NCBI GenBank assembly: GCA_038922895.1
Contig: JBCKWF010000002.1
Coordinates: 1 to 43,052, forward strand
Origin: Gammaproteobacteria bacterium
GTDB lineage: Bacteria > Pseudomonadota > Gammaproteobacteria > Eutrophobiales > Eutrophobiaceae
Direction: 5' to 3'
DNA: 43,052 bases
Made by a program: the position numbers and the translations under genes. The notes under the pieces were generated by a model. The model was not told the origin of the DNA. It worked only from the letters and a program-made list of their open reading frames with translations, and did no database searches. This document shows, piece by piece, positions 40,652 through 43,052 of this stretch. The first letter of the stretch is position 1. The number at the start of each line of letters is the position of its first letter.

Positions 40652-41847
40652 ACAATTCGCCACTGACCGTCTTTTTCCATATGCCAGTACTGGCGCTTGA
40701 TGAAATCCTTGATCAGGTTATCGCTCTGGTATTTCTGCCTGAAGGTGACAACAATCAGACCCTGTTCACCGGGATATAAAAAGATACTTTTTTCCGTGAT
40801 ACCGACCTTGATATATTGCTTGGACGGATTTACCCGCTGCTTGTAATTAACCCAGTTGTAATAATCCATACCCAAGCCGGAATATTCGGGAGAATAGTGA
40901 CTCAGATAAAGGTCCGGATCCCGGCTTTCCCAGTCTTTCCGCCATTGTTCAACCAGGGCAGCGTAATCACCCTGCCGTTTCAACCAGTCTTTTTTGTCAA
41001 CCCACTCGATGCTTTCAGACAGGATCACCGGCGTATTACCCTCCAGATAGGGCGCGATCAATTCCAGATTGCGGTTGCTCAGAATGACGCAACCGTCACT
41101 GTCGCGTGGCGGCCGGTTCAGTGTATAGCTTGGTGTACCATGTAACCAGATACCGGAACCGGTACGGCCATAACGCTTGTCCCATACATTCGGATAATCG
41201 ATCGGGAAGGCACCTGCACCATAAAAGTCCGGCAGCTTTTCAGGGTCAATAAAACCGGTAACAAAATAGACACCTACGGGGGTCTTCTGATCGCCTTCGG
41301 CAAACTTGCGCGTTCCATTCTTGCCTATAGTCGCATAAAAGTCGTAAACCAGTTCCGGTATACCATTGTGATTTTTATATACGTATAACCTGGATACCTT
41401 CATATCGACGATAACAGCGTACTTCTGGTTTTCGCTCAGTTTGACCATTGAAGCCGGTAAGCTTTGCGATGGTGGCAGGGCCTGGTGATACTGCCAGCGC
41501 GCTTTTGCTTCATCAAGCAGGCCAGCTATCTGTTCATAAGGCGCAGACTGAAAATTGCCAAAATCCCTGATTGGACGGCTTTTTGCCATCAGCAGATCTG
41601 CATAGACCAGTTGGGCCAATCTGTAATTTGGATAGGCCTTCACAACCAGACCGAGACTGGTCATCGCACTGTCGATATCTCCCTGGCCAATACTTTCCAG
41701 TGCACTGATCAATATTTTTTCGTGACTGGAATCCAGCTGATCCAGCCCGATAGAATTCGCAACAGTTTCAGCCGCCTGCAATGTCATACAAAACAGCAAA
41801 AGGCCGATAATATGAAAACCTGGCATATAAATCTTCAGTCGTTGCAT
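40630..41847 (-). CDS. YkuD-fold L,D-transpeptidase-family protein with a C-terminal NTF2-like module
   Basis: Start trimmed to MQRLKIYMPGFHIIGLLLFCMTLQAAE (ATG at 41845-41847). Catalytic-region pattern GSGIWLHGTP...DSDGCVILSN. The C-terminal ~100 aa is homologous to the C-terminus of the upstream TPR protein. Confidence 0.75.
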   Translation of the reverse strand: MQRLKIYMPGFHIIGLLLFCMTLQAAETVANSIGLDQLDSSHEKILISALESIGQGDIDSAMTSLGLVVKAYPNYRLAQLVYADLLMAKSRPIRDFGNFQSAPYEQIAGLLDEAKARWQYHQALPPSQSLPASMVKLSENQKYAVIVDMKVSRLYVYKNHNGIPELVYDFYATIGKNGTRKFAEGDQKTPVGVYFVTGFIDPEKLPDFYGAGAFPIDYPNVWDKRYGRTGSGIWLHGTPSYTLNRPPRDSDGCVILSNRNLELIAPYLEGNTPVILSESIEWVDKKDWLKRQGDYAALVEQWRKDWESRDPDLYLSHYSPEYSGLGMDYYNWVNYKQRVNPSKQYIKVGITEKSIFLYPGEQGLIVVTFRQKYQSDNLIKDFIKRQYWHMEKDGQWRIVYEGSVS

Positions 41848-41852
41848 GTCGG

Positions 41853-43034
41853 TTACCTCGTCTGCTCCTCGGTAATCAACCATTTATTATTATCCAGTTT
41901 TAGCAGCAGTGTTTTCTTGACCCGATCGGTGTAAATATCAGACTGGTAATTTTGGGTAAAGGTTGCCTGTGCATGTTCAGGACCAAGCATTTCCACAACC
42001 AGATCCGCGATCGTCACCTTGATAACGCCCGACTGACCAAGCCGTTTTTGCCGCAACATTCGCCACTGCTCTGTGGTTCTGCCATCCGGAGGGGTAAAGT
42101 CATTGGCATATAAGGATAGATAGGCATTTATATCCCGTGCCGACCACGCCAGCGACCAATCAATCACACCTTGCTTGACTGCCGACACAATTTGTTGCTC
42201 ATCCTGCGATTTAAGCTGCTGCTGTTCTGTCAGCTTCCGCTCAGCCTCCTGCTGTTCCCTGAGCTGCTGCTGTTCCCTGAGCTGCTGCTGTTCCCTGAGC
42301 TGCTGCTGTTCCGCCAGCTTCTGTTCAGTCTGCTGCTGTCCCCTGAGCTGCTGCTGTTCCGCCAGCTTCCGTTCAGACTCCTGCTGTTCCTTAAGCTGCT
42401 GCTGTTCCGCTACCCTCTGTTCAGTCTCTTGCCTTTCCCTAAGTTGCTGCTGTCTGTTCTCACCTACCGCTGTGTCAGCAAGCTGGACAGGTAGTTCACT
42501 GCCAGCCTGCGGCACCGAAAAAAGTTCGTTTACGAGTGACAGTTTTGTCTTTGCTGTATTATTTTCCTTGTCCAGTTCGAGTGCCTGGTTATAGGCCTGA
42601 CTGGCGAGCTTCGCATAGATATCGCCGAGGTTTTCATGCGCGGTAGCATAGGCAGGATGCGTATTAATTGCCTGCTCCAGCGCCTGCCTGGCCTTGTCAA
42701 AATCTCCCATTGAGGCATAAATCACTGCAAGATTGTTGTAAGGTTCCGGCAGCTCCGGATGACTGCGGGTTATACCAACAAATACTTCCCGGGCAAGTTC
42801 CAGCTTCTCCTGCCTAGTCAGGATCAGGCCTTTCAGGAACTGGTAGCTGAGGTTTTGGCTGTCCTTTGCAAGTTCACTGTTGGTCAGGCTCAACGCTTCT
42901 TGCAGGTTTCCGTCAGCTATCAGTTTTTGTACCTGGACCTGATCCGAGAGTACCGTCAGCGAAGTCACTGCCAGCAACAGGCAGCTCACCGTTACCGGTA
43001 TCAGTCTTGATCGATTCAGATTCCTGGTTATCAC
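41853..43034 (-). CDS. secreted TPR protein with a Gln/Glu-rich coiled-coil repeat and a C-terminal NTF2-like module
   Basis: GTG start and a signal-like LIPVTVSCLLLAVTSLTVLS. TPR-type repeats, including PYNNLAVIYASMGDFDKARQALEQAINTHPAYATAHENLGDIYAKL. The EQQQL repeats follow, then WSLAWSARDINAYLSLYANDF...FTQNYQSD. Confidence 0.8.
   Translation of the reverse strand: MITRNLNRSRLIPVTVSCLLLAVTSLTVLSDQVQVQKLIADGNLQEALSLTNSELAKDSQNLSYQFLKGLILTRQEKLELAREVFVGITRSHPELPEPYNNLAVIYASMGDFDKARQALEQAINTHPAYATAHENLGDIYAKLASQAYNQALELDKENNTAKTKLSLVNELFSVPQAGSELPVQLADTAVGENRQQQLRERQETEQRVAEQQQLKEQQESERKLAEQQQLRGQQQTEQKLAEQQQLREQQQLREQQQLREQQEAERKLTEQQQLKSQDEQQIVSAVKQGVIDWSLAWSARDINAYLSLYANDFTPPDGRTTEQWRMLRQKRLGQSGVIKVTIADLVVEMLGPEHAQATFTQNYQSDIYTDRVKKTLLLKLDNNKWLITEEQTR
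42211..42455 (-). repeat. in-frame tandem repeats (48-nt units with nested 18-nt units) inside the TPR gene
   Basis: The plus strand shows CTGCTGCTGTTCCCTGAG three times in a row (about 42249-42299), embedded in 48-nt units ending in ...CCTGAG or ...CTTAAG. The protein reads LRERQETEQRVAEQQQ / LKEQQESERKLAEQQQ / LRGQQQTEQKLAEQQQ / LREQQQ / LREQQQ / LREQQEAERKLTEQQQ. Confidence 0.9.
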
Positions 43035-43052
43035 CCGGATATATCCCCTTGA

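Noticed and set aside
42171-42594. 107-aa and 139-aa plus-strand Leu/Cys/Ser-rich ORFs
   Set aside because: They are the antisense reading of the CAG/CTG-rich tandem repeat in the TPR gene. Their periodic low-complexity sequence is a repeat artefact.

Overview
This 43-kb segment looks gammaproteobacterial and has two very different halves.

**Accessory half (1-28,815): a heavy-metal island.**
- copA-copB-cupredoxin on the minus strand, divergent from copRS, with a copper-box-like palindrome between them.
- A SAM methyltransferase and a truncated arsC.
- A cus-type operon: small Met/Cys protein, FixH/YtkA-like protein, cusB, cusA. It has no outer-membrane factor (OMF) gene and no cusF.
- A czc-type operon: small His-rich protein, czcC, czcB, czcA, then a HupE/UreJ-like permease carrying an extra C-terminal domain.
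- An orphan Y-family DNA polymerase and a non-canonical Nramp-like transporter.
- Five IS elements (rve/ISNCY-like, IS3, IS5, two nested IS30). Every transposase gene is broken, while all cargo genes read intact.

**Core half (from 28,814 rightwards).**
- hemW-rdgB-rph on the minus strand, then yicC-gmk-rpoZ-spoT-ridA.
- A ~400-nt non-coding array of related hairpins, then recG and ubiA.
- A cell-wall trio: M14 peptidase, YkuD-fold protein, TPR protein.

I saw no CRISPR array, rRNA or tRNA, and no recognisable defence or toxin-antitoxin system.

**Best candidates for something undescribed:**
1. The pair of small operon-leading membrane proteins. Their metal-ligand chemistry tracks the pump class, and they share a C-terminal PPLRxP motif.
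2. The HupE-like permease fusion at the end of the czc operon.
3. The OMF-less cus operon with its highly structured intercistronic spacer.
4. The Nramp-like transporter lacking the canonical metal-site motifs.
5. The ridA-recG hairpin array.

All homology statements come from reading motifs by eye and from memory of families. No searches or computations were run.
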